Shown here in pieces: positions 54,641-64,000 of a stretch of 64,000 nucleotides of DNA (position 1 is its first letter; every line of letters begins with the position of its first letter). Source of the stretch: a virus. The stretch is from positions 1 through 64,000 of the IMG/VR virus record IMGVR_UViG_3300010376_000003, one strand, 5' to 3'. The position numbers and the translations under genes are program-made. A model generated the notes under the pieces. That model was given only the letters and a program-made list of their open reading frames with translations. It made no database searches and was not told the origin of the DNA.

Positions 54641-57600
54641 TTATGAGGCGGCTTGCGCGACGCCTCCGCTCGCTTCCGCCGCGAGCACGGCATGGGTCAT
54701 GGGTCGACTCGGGTCGAGGTCGTCGTTGCCGAACGGCTGGACGGTGATCGACTGGTAGTTCCCCCAGGGCTGGATAGTGACGGTGGTCTCATCGCGGTAC
54801 AGCCAGAAGGGATCGGACGAGGTGAGGATGTACTTGATGAGGACGCCCTTGCCGGCGAGGAAGCCCGGGAGGAAGCGGCGCTGCTTGACGCCGCCGGTCG
54901 CCGAGATCGTGTAGCTGTTGGTGGTCGTGTCGCCCTGCTGGTTGTGCTGCATCACGGTGGTGAGCGTGACGTCGGCGGTCGACTTCAGCACGATCTGGGC
55001 GTAGAGCGGGTAGAACCAGCCGGGGAGGCTGTGATTGGTCTCCTGGGTCTCCCAGCGGGTCAGGGCGAAGGGCTCTTCATCGAAGACCGGTTCAATGGAA
55101 TAGAGCCGGCCAGGATTACTGTCGACTGGGAAGACTCGCCAGACCCGACCCAGCTGCTGCTGGGAGAGGGCGAGCTGCACGACGGTGCGACCAGTGGTGT
55201 TGACGGTGAGAGTCTCGACCACCACCTGGTCGGCCTCAATGTTGACGGACTTATCTTGTCCATAGGTATCGCACTCGAAGATCACCGCCTTGAGCCACTT
55301 ATCCGCGCGCGTGCCGAGGATGGAGAAGTTCTGGTTCCAGTTGGCCTGCTCGGACGGTTCGTGGTCGAGGAACCACCGGTGGGTGTAGAGCAGGCCCGGG
55401 TTCTCGTCGGTGGCGAGGAAGCGGAAGACGTGCCCGCGCCCCCAGGGGAGGGTGAGATGCACCACGCGCCGGCCGTTGGTCGTGACCGGCCAGTAGGTGA
55501 TGTTCCCCGCCAGGGTATTGACTAAGCGGACCTCATCGACCCACACCTCGATTTGCTTGGTCGCGCCGAAGGTATCGCAGTAGAGGTCGAGGCCGGTGTA
55601 GTACTGGTCCCAGTTGTTCTCGTAGTGGATATCCCAGTGGGCGATGCGCGGCGGCTCCTCCTGGTAGATCCAGTCGGCCCGGTAGAGGAGCCAGGGCACG
55701 CAGTCGCCCTCGTCGGGGCGGATCCGGACCATGTTGGCCGGGACCGCCGGCCAGGAGAACTTGACCTTGTGCCGGTTGGCGCAGTTGACCGTGACGGCGT
55801 CGACGTCGAAGCGCTGGCCGGCGAAGTCGCGCTCGATGTGGATCTCTTTGTCGAGTCCGCCGGTGTCGCAGTCGAGCGTGAGGCCGGTGAGCCACACTTC
55901 GTCGGGCGAGTTCAAGTCGTCCCAGTTGGTGACGCGCGTGTTGGTGAGGTCAGGCTGCAGCGTGATGGCGTAGCCGATCTGGTAGATGGTGGGCGGGGCG
56001 CCGGAGGTGGACCAGGTCAGCTCGGTGGCGATCGAGTGCGCCTTCTGCGGGTTGTCGCCGAAGGCGTGGACGAGGAAGCGCTGCCGCCCGCTACTCGCGC
56101 TGCCGATGGCGATGACACTGTTGGCGACACTCTCCTCGTTGAGGAACACCTGGAGGGAGAGTTCGTTCCCGTTCGGGTCAGCGTCGAGGAAGATGTCGCC
56201 GAAGAGCTTCTCCTCGCGTCGGCCGCCACTGGCGCTGCCCGTGCGGATGGTGCAGGGGATAGCCGCGCCGCTGTCGCTGGTCCCGCCGAGGGTGTAACTC
56301 GCGCCCGCGCAGCCGAGGAGGAGCAGGTCGGCATCCGCCTCCCCTTCGAGAACCGAGGGAGATTGAGCGAACGAGTAATGCCGCCAGAACTGCAGCAGGA
56401 GCGAGTAGACCAGGACGTTACGGTGCCCGGCGGTGTCGTCGTACTGGAAGTAGAGACAGTTCTGATAAGTCGTCAGCCGGATGGCGTTGACGTGGGTCTT
56501 GTCGATCGGCTGGTAGCCGTTGACCGCGACGCCGAGGAAGAGCGGGTTGATCTTCTCTGACAGCCAAGATTCGGGGCCACCGCTGGTCGAGAACACCCCG
56601 TCGGCCGCGACGAAGAAGATGAGCCCGCCAGGACCGGTGCAGAACGCCCAGCGGCCGAGGGGTCCGCGCGTGCATTGCGACGGCGCCGAGACCAGGGTGC
56701 CGGCCGAGCCGCCGAAGCCGGGATAGCCGCCCAGGCCGGGATAGAGGAAGTAGAGCCGCTGGCGCGAGAAGACGAACGCCTGCTGGCCGGAGACGCCGCC
56801 GTTGAGCAGCTCCTCGGACGGTGAACAGACCTCGACGACGCCGAACGCGTCCCAGTGATCCGGCTGACCGGCGATGCAGTAGTAGACATGCCCAGGGCGG
56901 TGCGGGTCGCCACAGGCGAAGAGAAGCCCGGCGACCGGGCCCCAGAGCGCGGGCACGGCCTGCGCGAGCACCTCGTTGCCGGCTTCGTCGACCGTGGGGA
57001 CGGGCTGATAGTGGTTGATGGCGACCGTGCCGGCGGCGGTGACGTCGTCGTCGGTGTTCGTGTCAGTGAACACCCCGCCGTCGGAGGTGTTGGTGCCGCA
57101 GTAGTACCAGTCATCGAAGAGCGCACCGCCGCGCCGGTAGACGCGTTGCCGGATGGCGCCGTCCCCGTAGGCTGGCGGTGAGACGAGGATGTCCCGGCGA
57201 GACGAGTCGAGCGGCGCCTGCTCGTTGGTCAGGCCGGTGTCGTCGCTGCGGATGTTCGGCTGCTCCTTCGAGGGGTTCGACTCACATCCGGTGCGCGGGT
57301 CGTAGTTAGTCACCCGGTAGTCGTACGAGAGCGCACCAGGCTGGATCGAGTCGGGCCCCGAGCCGCCGGTGATATACAGCTCCGCCATGGCGATGGCGAC
57401 CGGCTGCGGGGGCGAGGCACCCACGCTGGAGGAGCTGCCGCCGGAGGCGGAGCTGCCGGCGGAGCCGACCGGGTCCAGGGTGCGGACGTAGAAGATGATC
57501 CCGGTGACGGTCGACCAGTCGCGCCCCTCGGTCGAGCCGATGCGCTGGAAGTCCATGCGGCGGAGCGAGCTGCCGGTGACGCCGTAGACGAACCACTGCT

Positions 57601-58732
57601 GATTGCCCACACCCATCGTGTAGCTGCGAGCGCGGGCCGGGTCGGACTGCGCGCGGAGGTCTTCCCAGGAGACGCGCGTGTCGTCGAAGCCGCGCGACTC
57701 GCTGTCCTTGTCGCGCAGGGCATTGATGCGCGCAGCTTCTGCCGCGTCGACCTGCGCCTGGTTCGCCTGGACGAACTGCACATAGTCGGACGGGCGGAAG
57801 GCCTTGACATATGCATCTGAGTTGGTGAAGAAGTCCATCCCGGTCGGCGGCACCGTGCCGGGGAGGATGCGCGGGTCGAACGTCGCCGAGACGACGATGT
57901 AGATCCGCATCTCGGCGAAGAGCGCGGGCTTACTGCCCTTGAGCAGGACGTGGATGATGTCGTTGTCGACGACGTCGTTGCCGTCGTCGAACTTCGTGAG
58001 GTCGCGGCTGACGCCGATGCCCCACCAGCTGTCGTAGCCGCGCGTGACCTTGCCGGGCACGGTCTCGCAGTAGATGCCGGGCGAGGAGGGGGGACGCTCG
58101 GTGTTGATGCCTGGCGCGGTGGGGACACCAGTCGGGACGCCGTTCGCATCCTTGCCGGGGACGCCGGTCCAGGCGGCGGAGGCGGTGCCATCCGAGCTGT
58201 CGCACATGGCGATCGACTTGCGATGCTCGGTCCCGAGCTGCGTGGAGACTGGGGAAGAGGGCGCGGGCAGGCCGATGGGGATGACCAGGCCGTCGCCGCG
58301 GACCTTGATCATCTTGTTCGAGTCGCCGACAAACATCCACGGCTCGCCGGTCAGCGGCGGGCGGTGCGGGAGGAGCGCGAGCGGGTTGCCGGAGAAGCCG
58401 GAGGCGACCGTGCCGCCGCCGCTGGCGCCCATCTCCAGGTGAGAGTCGACGCCCCAGAAGCGCGTGAGGGTGCCAGCCTCGGGGTCGCGCATCTTCTTGA
58501 TCGAGTGGCAGGTGCCGGAGTGGCTGGCGAGGCTGGTCTCGCCCGGGCGCGCGGTCGCCTCGCCTTCGTGCTCCTGCCAGACGTTGGTGTGCCGCGACCA
58601 CCCCTCCATCGCGTCGAGGGAGTCTTTGAGGTTGAGGGTGCCGCTGCCGTAGCGGATGACCGAGGTCTCGAAGGCCCCCTGGAAGTCAACGCCGGTGACG
58701 TTGTTCGCGCGCCGCGACTGTTGTTCTGCCAT
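54641..58732 (-). CDS. large tail/virion structural protein with 3-4 internal ~100-aa repeats (1363 aa)
   Basis: ATG at 58732 overlaps the upstream TGA. The C-terminal third carries repeated modules anchored by (D/Y/E)CDT(G/F/Y)G..K and (L)LY...W/F...EP. Confidence 0.8.
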   Translation of the reverse strand: MAEQQSRRANNVTGVDFQGAFETSVIRYGSGTLNLKDSLDAMEGWSRHTNVWQEHEGEATARPGETSLASHSGTCHSIKKMRDPEAGTLTRFWGVDSHLEMGASGGGTVASGFSGNPLALLPHRPPLTGEPWMFVGDSNKMIKVRGDGLVIPIGLPAPSSPVSTQLGTEHRKSIAMCDSSDGTASAAWTGVPGKDANGVPTGVPTAPGINTERPPSSPGIYCETVPGKVTRGYDSWWGIGVSRDLTKFDDGNDVVDNDIIHVLLKGSKPALFAEMRIYIVVSATFDPRILPGTVPPTGMDFFTNSDAYVKAFRPSDYVQFVQANQAQVDAAEAARINALRDKDSESRGFDDTRVSWEDLRAQSDPARARSYTMGVGNQQWFVYGVTGSSLRRMDFQRIGSTEGRDWSTVTGIIFYVRTLDPVGSAGSSASGGSSSSVGASPPQPVAIAMAELYITGGSGPDSIQPGALSYDYRVTNYDPRTGCESNPSKEQPNIRSDDTGLTNEQAPLDSSRRDILVSPPAYGDGAIRQRVYRRGGALFDDWYYCGTNTSDGGVFTDTNTDDDVTAAGTVAINHYQPVPTVDEAGNEVLAQAVPALWGPVAGLLFACGDPHRPGHVYYCIAGQPDHWDAFGVVEVCSPSEELLNGGVSGQQAFVFSRQRLYFLYPGLGGYPGFGGSAGTLVSAPSQCTRGPLGRWAFCTGPGGLIFFVAADGVFSTSGGPESWLSEKINPLFLGVAVNGYQPIDKTHVNAIRLTTYQNCLYFQYDDTAGHRNVLVYSLLLQFWRHYSFAQSPSVLEGEADADLLLLGCAGASYTLGGTSDSGAAIPCTIRTGSASGGRREEKLFGDIFLDADPNGNELSLQVFLNEESVANSVIAIGSASSGRQRFLVHAFGDNPQKAHSIATELTWSTSGAPPTIYQIGYAITLQPDLTNTRVTNWDDLNSPDEVWLTGLTLDCDTGGLDKEIHIERDFAGQRFDVDAVTVNCANRHKVKFSWPAVPANMVRIRPDEGDCVPWLLYRADWIYQEEPPRIAHWDIHYENNWDQYYTGLDLYCDTFGATKQIEVWVDEVRLVNTLAGNITYWPVTTNGRRVVHLTLPWGRGHVFRFLATDENPGLLYTHRWFLDHEPSEQANWNQNFSILGTRADKWLKAVIFECDTYGQDKSVNIEADQVVVETLTVNTTGRTVVQLALSQQQLGRVWRVFPVDSNPGRLYSIEPVFDEEPFALTRWETQETNHSLPGWFYPLYAQIVLKSTADVTLTTVMQHNQQGDTTTNSYTISATGGVKQRRFLPGFLAGKGVLIKYILTSSDPFWLYRDETTVTIQPWGNYQSITVQPFGNDDLDPSRPMTHAVLAAEASGGVAQAAS

Positions 58733-59364
58733 CAGGCCCACCCGCCGAGAATGATCTGCGTCACGGTTTCCGCCAGCTCGTAGCGCCGGTCGCAGTAGTC
58801 GGCGCGCTCGCTGTCGAGCAGGCGGCCCATCTTTCGCAGGAGCCAGGCCAGAGCGTCGTACTTGACGGCGGAGGTCAGCTCCTCGGGGATCGGGAGTTCA
58901 GAGCCGTCACCCAGGATGAGCGGCGGCACCTGGACGTAGAGCAGCTCGACGACGCCGTCAGCCGCGGGCGTCGGGCAGAGCCGCGTGATGAGCGAGGTGC
59001 CGTCGAGCGGAACGTAGGCGAGCGGGAGGCCTGGGGAGACCTCCCAGCCAGGGACGGCGAGGTCGGCCTCGAAGCTATCGACCTTGCCGAGCGGCGTGCG
59101 CACGCTGGTGGCGGCGTCGCGCCAGACCATCGCGGCGGTCGCCACCCAGTCAGCTGGGAGGATGAACTGCAGCGTGCCGGCGGAGACGGGGAGTTCGACC
59201 CGCTCGACCGCCAGGTGACAGTCACGCGTGATGCGCTGCACGCCGCCGTCCAGGGCGTCCAGGACCTCCTGACGCGTCCAGATGAGCGAGGGCCAGGTGT
59301 CGCCGCCGTCGGGGGGCTCGATGAGGACGTACTGCAGTTCGGAGAGGAGGTCGCGGTCGATCAC
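58732..59364 (-). CDS. virion protein (210 aa), paralog of 59605..60393
   Basis: GTG at 59364 with GGGAGG 6 nt upstream. The track ORF starts at TTG 59397. Confidence 0.65.
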   Translation of the reverse strand: MIDRDLLSELQYVLIEPPDGGDTWPSLIWTRQEVLDALDGGVQRITRDCHLAVERVELPVSAGTLQFILPADWVATAAMVWRDAATSVRTPLGKVDSFEADLAVPGWEVSPGLPLAYVPLDGTSLITRLCPTPAADGVVELLYVQVPPLILGDGSELPIPEELTSAVKYDALAWLLRKMGRLLDSERADYCDRRYELAETVTQIILGGWA

Positions 59365-59604
59365 GAGGTGCCTCCCGCTGCAGCTATCTGCAACCAACGA
59401 GAGCTATCTAGCTCTGTTTGCAACGTGGAGAGGAGATCGCGGCTGGTCATGGACGCCTCCAGCGCTGCCACGCGAAGGCCAGCGGTGACCAATAGCGCAG
59501 CCAGAAGAGCCAGCCACGCCAGGTGCGAGGCCGGAAGCCGAGGGCGATGGCTTGGTATTCGGTCATGTTCTCTGTGCGAGCCAGACCGGTGAATTTCGCC
59601 GCTC

Positions 59605-60393
59605 TCATTGGAGCCCCTGCTGACCCGGCTGGGTCGCGTGCGAGGCGAAGTTGGCGGCCACCTGCTCCATCTGGCTGGGCGCACCGGTCGAGGGCTGGAG
59701 GTCACGACGGCGGTCGAGCCCGGCCCAGCGGCGGTAGGCCTGGTTGGTCTTGAGCAGCGAGTTCTCTTCCGCCGCCGCGTCGAGGAACGCGTCGAAGTAG
59801 GGCCGGGTCGCGCGCCACCGCTCGGCCGCTTCCTTGAACGCGACGACGTGCAGTGCCATGTCGACCAGCGTGTAGAGGATCTCCTCACCGATGTCGACAT
59901 AGTCGCCTGGGTTGACCAGGACGGGGGTACGCATCACCCCGTCGAGGAGCAGCGTGCCGGGGTCAGCCGGCCAGACCGCCAGGCGCGTGAGCGACACGGG
60001 AGCCCAGAGCGTGGGCACGGTCGGCACGTCGCCGCCTGAAGCGGTTGCCTCCAGCCGCCAGGAGGGGCGCCCCAGGTCGAGTTCGGCCAGCGAGGTCGGA
60101 ATGAGCGGCGCGCCCGCGGCGGTGGTGAGGCGCATCGCGTAGGACATCACGCCAGGGATGGCGATCTCAGGGCTGCCAGCGGAGGGCGTCAGGACGACCC
60201 GGCGCGAGCGCCAGCGGCCGGTGAGGAGGTTCCACTCCCGGAGGGATTCGTTGATCGCCAAGCGCGCTTCCTCCGGCGTCCAGAAGACGACCTGGTCCCA
60301 GCGCTGCTGCATGAGGGATTGGAGGTCGGCGAGGCTCGTGTACTGGTAGGCCACCTGCTCACCCCAGTCCTGCCGGAGGGACCGGGCAGGCAC
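59605..60393 (-). CDS. virion protein (262 aa; alternative GTG start 60354)
   Basis: Collinear similarity to 58732..59364: VFWTPEEARLAINESL vs LIWTRQEVLDALDGGV; VDIGEEILYTLVDMALHVVAFK vs LPIPEELTSAVKYDALAWLLRK. Confidence 0.65.
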   Translation of the reverse strand: MPARSLRQDWGEQVAYQYTSLADLQSLMQQRWDQVVFWTPEEARLAINESLREWNLLTGRWRSRRVVLTPSAGSPEIAIPGVMSYAMRLTTAAGAPLIPTSLAELDLGRPSWRLEATASGGDVPTVPTLWAPVSLTRLAVWPADPGTLLLDGVMRTPVLVNPGDYVDIGEEILYTLVDMALHVVAFKEAAERWRATRPYFDAFLDAAAEENSLLKTNQAYRRWAGLDRRRDLQPSTGAPSQMEQVAANFASHATQPGQQGLQ

Positions 60394-61867
60394 CCCCGGT
60401 GGTGACCAGGTCGACGCCGAAGCTGCCGCTGGTGCAGCCGGTCGGCGCGGGCGGGGCGAGCAGGGTCCCGAAGGCGAAGAACATCACCCGGCGGGGCGTG
60501 CCGTCGGTCATCGTCCAGTTGCCGGTGATGGCGTGGTTGGCGAGCGAGGTGACGTTGAAGGTGCCCACCTGCTGAATCGTGTTCAGGCCGGCGTTGTCGG
60601 CGAGGCCGATCGAGTTGTTGTTGCCCCAGTTGGCGCCGCCGTAGCCAGCGGTCGAGGCGCCGTTGGCGGCGGTGCGCATCCCGTGCCAGAAGCTGCGCGA
60701 GCGGACGCCGTCGAAGCCGCCGACGGCCCAGGACTCGTTGGTGGTGATGGACTCGCCGGCCGGGCGGGTCGCCCCGACCGAGGCGAGGAGGATGCCCGAG
60801 GGGAGCATCCCGGTGACGTCGAGGGATTGATAGGAGGGCGCGGTCGGCTCGTCGAACCCGCCAACCACCGTGCCGCAGCCGCCGAAGACGAGCGCGGCAA
60901 TGCTCGGCGCCGTGTCGCCGCCGTTGAGGTTGATGCCGGTGAAGCCGTCGGCGTCCCAGGAGGTGACCTGGAAGAGGTTGGTCGCGGTCGAGCCCCAGCC
61001 GTCCTCGATGGCGTTGAGGGCGTTGCTGTTGTCGACAAAGGTCACCCCGGGGTGGAGGGAGCGCATCGACCCGGTCTGCCCGTCCAGCCCTCCGCTGTTC
61101 ATGCCGGATTGGCGGTAGAGCGAGTCGCAGAAGCCGATGTTCAGGTTGCCGCCATTGGCGTCGTTGTAGGTGCCCTCGTTGCCGCCGGGCGTGGTGTGGT
61201 TGACGAAGATCGCCCCGGTCGGCGTGAAGCCGAGACCGGTGTGGACGTAGGTCGAGGCGCCGTCGGGATAGATGGGGGCGCCGGAGCCTTCGGTCGGCGA
61301 GACCACCTTGGCGGAGAGGCCGGCGCCGCCAATCGCCATGAAATTGTAGACACGCGGGCCGTCGCCGTTGACGTCCAGGGTGTAGGTGAAGCTGCCCGAG
61401 GCGAACGAGGAGACGTAGCCCTTGGTGTTGTAGCCGGCGGAGAAGATCGGATGCACCGAGGTGATCGAGTGCAGGCTCGACATGCCGACCCCGGTCCAGG
61501 GGCCGCCGACGAACCACTGGCGCACGATCGAGTTGCCGCAGTGGGTCACACCGTCGTCGATGCCGAAGCTGTCGGCTTCGTACTGGTCGGTCCCGGGATT
61601 CGGGTTGCCGTCGAACATGCCCCAGATGACGACCGCCTTGGGCTGGAAGGGCGCGCCGGTCACGTCGACGATGCCGGTGACGGTCTGCGCGCCGGTCGTG
61701 CCGGAGGCGGGCGTGGTGAAGCTGCCGACGCAGACCTGGGGCGGCACGGCGCCAGGGACGGGGGTCCAGCCGGTGCCTGGGGTGGAGGACTCCAGCAGGA
61801 GATCGTCGGTGCCGTCTTCCAGGAGGAAGCGCCCGCCCTCTTCGAGGAGGAGGTGATCAACCGACAA
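60359..61867 (-). CDS. tail fibre/spike-like protein (502 aa; TTG start)
   Basis: N-terminal LLLEEGGRFLLEDGTDDLLLE motif, then a Gly/Thr/Asn/Ser-rich beta-type sequence. Confidence 0.7.
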   Translation of the reverse strand: MSVDHLLLEEGGRFLLEDGTDDLLLESSTPGTGWTPVPGAVPPQVCVGSFTTPASGTTGAQTVTGIVDVTGAPFQPKAVVIWGMFDGNPNPGTDQYEADSFGIDDGVTHCGNSIVRQWFVGGPWTGVGMSSLHSITSVHPIFSAGYNTKGYVSSFASGSFTYTLDVNGDGPRVYNFMAIGGAGLSAKVVSPTEGSGAPIYPDGASTYVHTGLGFTPTGAIFVNHTTPGGNEGTYNDANGGNLNIGFCDSLYRQSGMNSGGLDGQTGSMRSLHPGVTFVDNSNALNAIEDGWGSTATNLFQVTSWDADGFTGINLNGGDTAPSIAALVFGGCGTVVGGFDEPTAPSYQSLDVTGMLPSGILLASVGATRPAGESITTNESWAVGGFDGVRSRSFWHGMRTAANGASTAGYGGANWGNNNSIGLADNAGLNTIQQVGTFNVTSLANHAITGNWTMTDGTPRRVMFFAFGTLLAPPAPTGCTSGSFGVDLVTTGGACPVPPAGLG

Positions 61868-62084
61868 AGCCGGTGTTCCCTTGGGAGGAGGCGCCGCCGG
61901 TGGCGGAGGTGCCGCTCACCCACGAGAGCGCATTCTGCTGGAAGCCGACGGAGAGGAGGGTGGCGATGCCGCCTCGGGCCGTCGTCGTCGACAGGGTGAA
62001 GGTCGCCGAGGTGGGGATCGGCGGCCAGTTCAGCACGAAGGGCCGCAGGAAGACGAGCGCCGAGAAGTTCGGGAGGGTCGGCAT
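61857..62084 (-). CDS. small virion-module protein (75 aa)
   Basis: Internal ATG at 62084 overlaps the upstream TGA. Sequence MPTLPNFSALVFLRPFVLNWPPIPTSATFTLSTTTARGG... The rest of track ORF 61857..62654 is a shadow ORF. Confidence 0.5.
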   Translation of the reverse strand: MPTLPNFSALVFLRPFVLNWPPIPTSATFTLSTTTARGGIATLLSVGFQQNALSWVSGTSATGGASSQGNTGFVG

Positions 62085-63301
62085 CAGGGCGTGACCAGGA
62101 GGAGCTGGGCGCGCGGGCCGCTCTGGTTGTTCCAGCTCGTCATGTCGGTCAGGACGATCCAGTTGTGCGTGTCGAAGGTGGTGGTGGCGCCGAAGCCGAA
62201 CTGGCCGCCTCCCACGACGACCGCGTCCCAGATGTAGCCCCGGTAACGTCCCGTGTCGCTGGTCGCGGTGATGCCGTAGGCGATGAGGGCGTCCACGAGG
62301 TGGACCGAGCCGTCGTGCCACTGGACGCCGCTGGAGACGCCGTTCGCCAGCTGGGTCGGGGCCATGAAGACCTGGCAAGCCGGGAAGTTGTTGCCGTAGC
62401 CCGTGATGCTCAGGACCGCGTTGTTGAGGAGCATCTGCTGGTTGGCCGAGTTCGCGAGGGCGCTCGCCGCATTGTTGAAGGCGAAGCCGACTGAACTCTG
62501 GTCGGTGTCCCCCGCCGAGGCGCTCTGGATGTAGGCGCCGTCGGTGATGGTCCCTTGGAGGAAGGCCGGGAGGGCGACGCTGCCGAAGAGGGCGTACTGC
62601 TTGAGGCCGTAGTTGCCGGTCGAGGTCCGGATGGCGGCGCCGTACTTGTGGCAAGTGAAGACCCAGGTGCGCCCGGCGGCGGGGTTGAGCGAGACCCCAT
62701 GGGTGGTACTGTTCGCGGCGGCGACCGTGCCGGCGACGTTCTCGATGGAGAGCTGGATGCCGTTGCCGGCGTTATCCCGCACGCGCAGGCGGTAGACCAG
62801 CTCCTGGCCTGGCGGGGTGAGCGCGGATTCAAGCAGGAGGTTGGTCGTGCCTGAGCCGGAGACGGTGCGCCAGCCGACGGCGTCGAGCTGGGTCTCGATC
62901 TGGTTGATGAGTTCCTGCTTGGTCCCGGTGGACTGGGTCCAGCTGGTGTGCGCGCGGGAGGCGCCGCTGTAGCTGGTGCCGAAGCCGAGGGTGGCGGCGG
63001 CATTGTTCGAGGGGGCGCCGAAGGTGACGGTGGAGGAGGCGCCATTGGCCGAGGCCGTGCGGAGGCGCACGCGGCCGCCGTAGCCGCCCGCGACGACCCC
63101 CGAGGCGGTCGCGCCGAGGATGACCGCGTTGATGTCGGTGGCGACCTGGGCGGCGGTGCGGGAGCCGGTGGTGAGGGTGATGGTCTGGGCCGAACCGCCA
63201 TCGATGGTGATCGCCAGGGTGTTGTTGGTGCTGCTGATGGTGAAGGGGCCGGCGAGCGAGCCGACCGCGTCGCAGTTGGCGTCGACGTATTGGATCGCCA
63301 T
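62084..63301 (-). CDS. tail fibre/receptor-binding-like protein (405 aa)
   Basis: TAG-ATG adjacency to the collagen-like gene. Ala/Gly/Thr/Ser-rich beta-type composition. Confidence 0.7.
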   Translation of the reverse strand: MAIQYVDANCDAVGSLAGPFTISSTNNTLAITIDGGSAQTITLTTGSRTAAQVATDINAVILGATASGVVAGGYGGRVRLRTASANGASSTVTFGAPSNNAAATLGFGTSYSGASRAHTSWTQSTGTKQELINQIETQLDAVGWRTVSGSGTTNLLLESALTPPGQELVYRLRVRDNAGNGIQLSIENVAGTVAAANSTTHGVSLNPAAGRTWVFTCHKYGAAIRTSTGNYGLKQYALFGSVALPAFLQGTITDGAYIQSASAGDTDQSSVGFAFNNAASALANSANQQMLLNNAVLSITGYGNNFPACQVFMAPTQLANGVSSGVQWHDGSVHLVDALIAYGITATSDTGRYRGYIWDAVVVGGGQFGFGATTTFDTHNWIVLTDMTSWNNQSGPRAQLLLVTP

Positions 63302-63952
63302 CTAGGTCTCCACCTGCACCGTGAACTGCCAGGAGGGGTCGCCCGCGACGATCTGCAGCGAGAAGAGGTCGTCCTGGGCGACCGTGCCCGAGGCGGTGTA
63401 GGTGCGCACCGCGCCGACGGTGGCCGAGGGCGGCAGGGTTTGGACGCCGCCCAGGACCGAGGTGCCGTTCTTGAGGATGTTGAAGGTCAAGGTCGTCGGC
63501 CCGAGGGTGAGCGGGATGAGCTTGCAAAGCGAGAGCGTCGCGCCGCGGGGCGCGATTTGGTACGGCCCGGCGGGGTTGGCTGACTGGCCGTTCAGGACAT
63601 TCCAGCCCACGACGATGATCGGCGGGTAGGTGCCAGCAGAGCCGGGAGGACCCTGAGGACCGGTCGGACCCGCAGGACCGGTCGGGCCCTGAGGACCGGA
63701 GGGCCCCTGCGGGCCGGCGGGACCCATCGCGCCGTCCGCACCAGCGGGGCCGGTCGCCCCCGTCGCACCGGTATTGCCTTGGGGACCGGTGGCCCCGGTC
63801 AGCCCAGTCGGGCCTTGGGCGCCGGTCGGACCGAGGACGGCGAGTTGGCTCGCCGTCATCTTCATGGTCACCCCGCCCTGGTTGACCGGGATCTCGTCGG
63901 TCGGCTGGCTGGCGGCGATCGCCGGCAGTTGCGAGATCTTGCTGTCGGCCAC
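63302..63952 (-). CDS. collagen-like tail fibre protein (216 aa)
   Basis: GTG start with AGGAGG upstream. N-terminal [36 protein letters not shown] fibre-type motif. Gly-X-Y block at aa ~41-107 (nt 63632-63832). Confidence 0.85.
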   Translation of the reverse strand: MADSKISQLPAIAASQPTDEIPVNQGGVTMKMTASQLAVLGPTGAQGPTGLTGATGPQGNTGATGATGPAGADGAMGPAGPQGPSGPQGPTGPAGPTGPQGPPGSAGTYPPIIVVGWNVLNGQSANPAGPYQIAPRGATLSLCKLIPLTLGPTTLTFNILKNGTSVLGGVQTLPPSATVGAVRTYTASGTVAQDDLFSLQIVAGDPSWQFTVQVET

Positions 63953-63964
63953 TGGCGAGGCCTC

Positions 63965-64000
63965 CTACTTCTTGTCGATCGTGCCGGGTGTCGGCCGGTC
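63965..64000 (-). CDS. 3' end of an upstream virion gene (partial)
   Basis: Reads ...DRPTPGTIDKK then TAG at 63965-63967. The open frame runs off the right window edge. Confidence 0.4.
   Translation of the reverse strand, partial: DRPTPGTIDKK

Noticed and set aside
1-64000. A diversity-generating retroelement, retron or CRISPR-Cas system associated with the fibre genes.
   Set aside because: No reverse transcriptase-like ORF (no YxDD motif protein). I noticed no template/variable repeat pair near the fibre 3' ends. No repeat-spacer array is present.

Overview
High-GC (roughly two-thirds G+C by eye) tailed dsDNA phage sequence, either a free temperate phage genome or the interior of a prophage. 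I saw no obviously cellular housekeeping genes. There are three transcription blocks. (i) 1-11081, minus strand: a packaging and head-proximal operon. It holds a terS-like gene, terL, a collagen-like tail fibre, small virion proteins, an HNH endonuclease and a partial portal-like gene that runs off the left edge and is missing from the ORF track. (ii) 11132-44217, mostly plus strand: early, replication, recombination and lysogeny genes. These include a GNAT, a SLOG/DUF2493 protein, a DUF932 protein, many small CxxC proteins, an XRE regulator, a Cas4-like PD-(D/E)XK nuclease, a P-loop ATPase, a cold-shock-domain protein, a PIF1/RecD helicase, two methyltransferase-like paralogs, an excisionase, a tyrosine integrase beside a tRNA-3'-like attP core, a UDG-fused family A DNA polymerase and an RHH protein. 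Two short minus-strand operons interrupt this block: 13167-14074, and 21989-24068 (a RepA-like ATPase plus a GT9-like glycosyltransferase). (iii) 44057-64000, minus strand: a virion, tail and ejection-protein operon. It holds an SLT-domain 926-aa protein, Gly/Pro-rich internal proteins, a 1363-aa protein with internal repeats, a lipoprotein, fibre-like proteins and a second collagen-like fibre. The signals the gene list does not explain are: a pair of long hairpin elements with compensatory base changes flanking a two-gene cassette (20751-21387); a 1.24-kb ORF-poor region (14075-15314); a 570-bp G+T-skewed, A-poor degenerate repeat (33822-34395); an iteron-like array with an AT-rich patch (21508-21745); a strongly over-represented GCATATGC palindrome; and several unusual gene clusters (GNAT/low-complexity/SLOG/2TM; Pro-rich repeat protein plus MTase-like pair next to xis/int). 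All family assignments come from motif recognition by eye, with no database search. Start codons are often uncertain. Most long antisense ORFs in the track are high-GC shadow ORFs.
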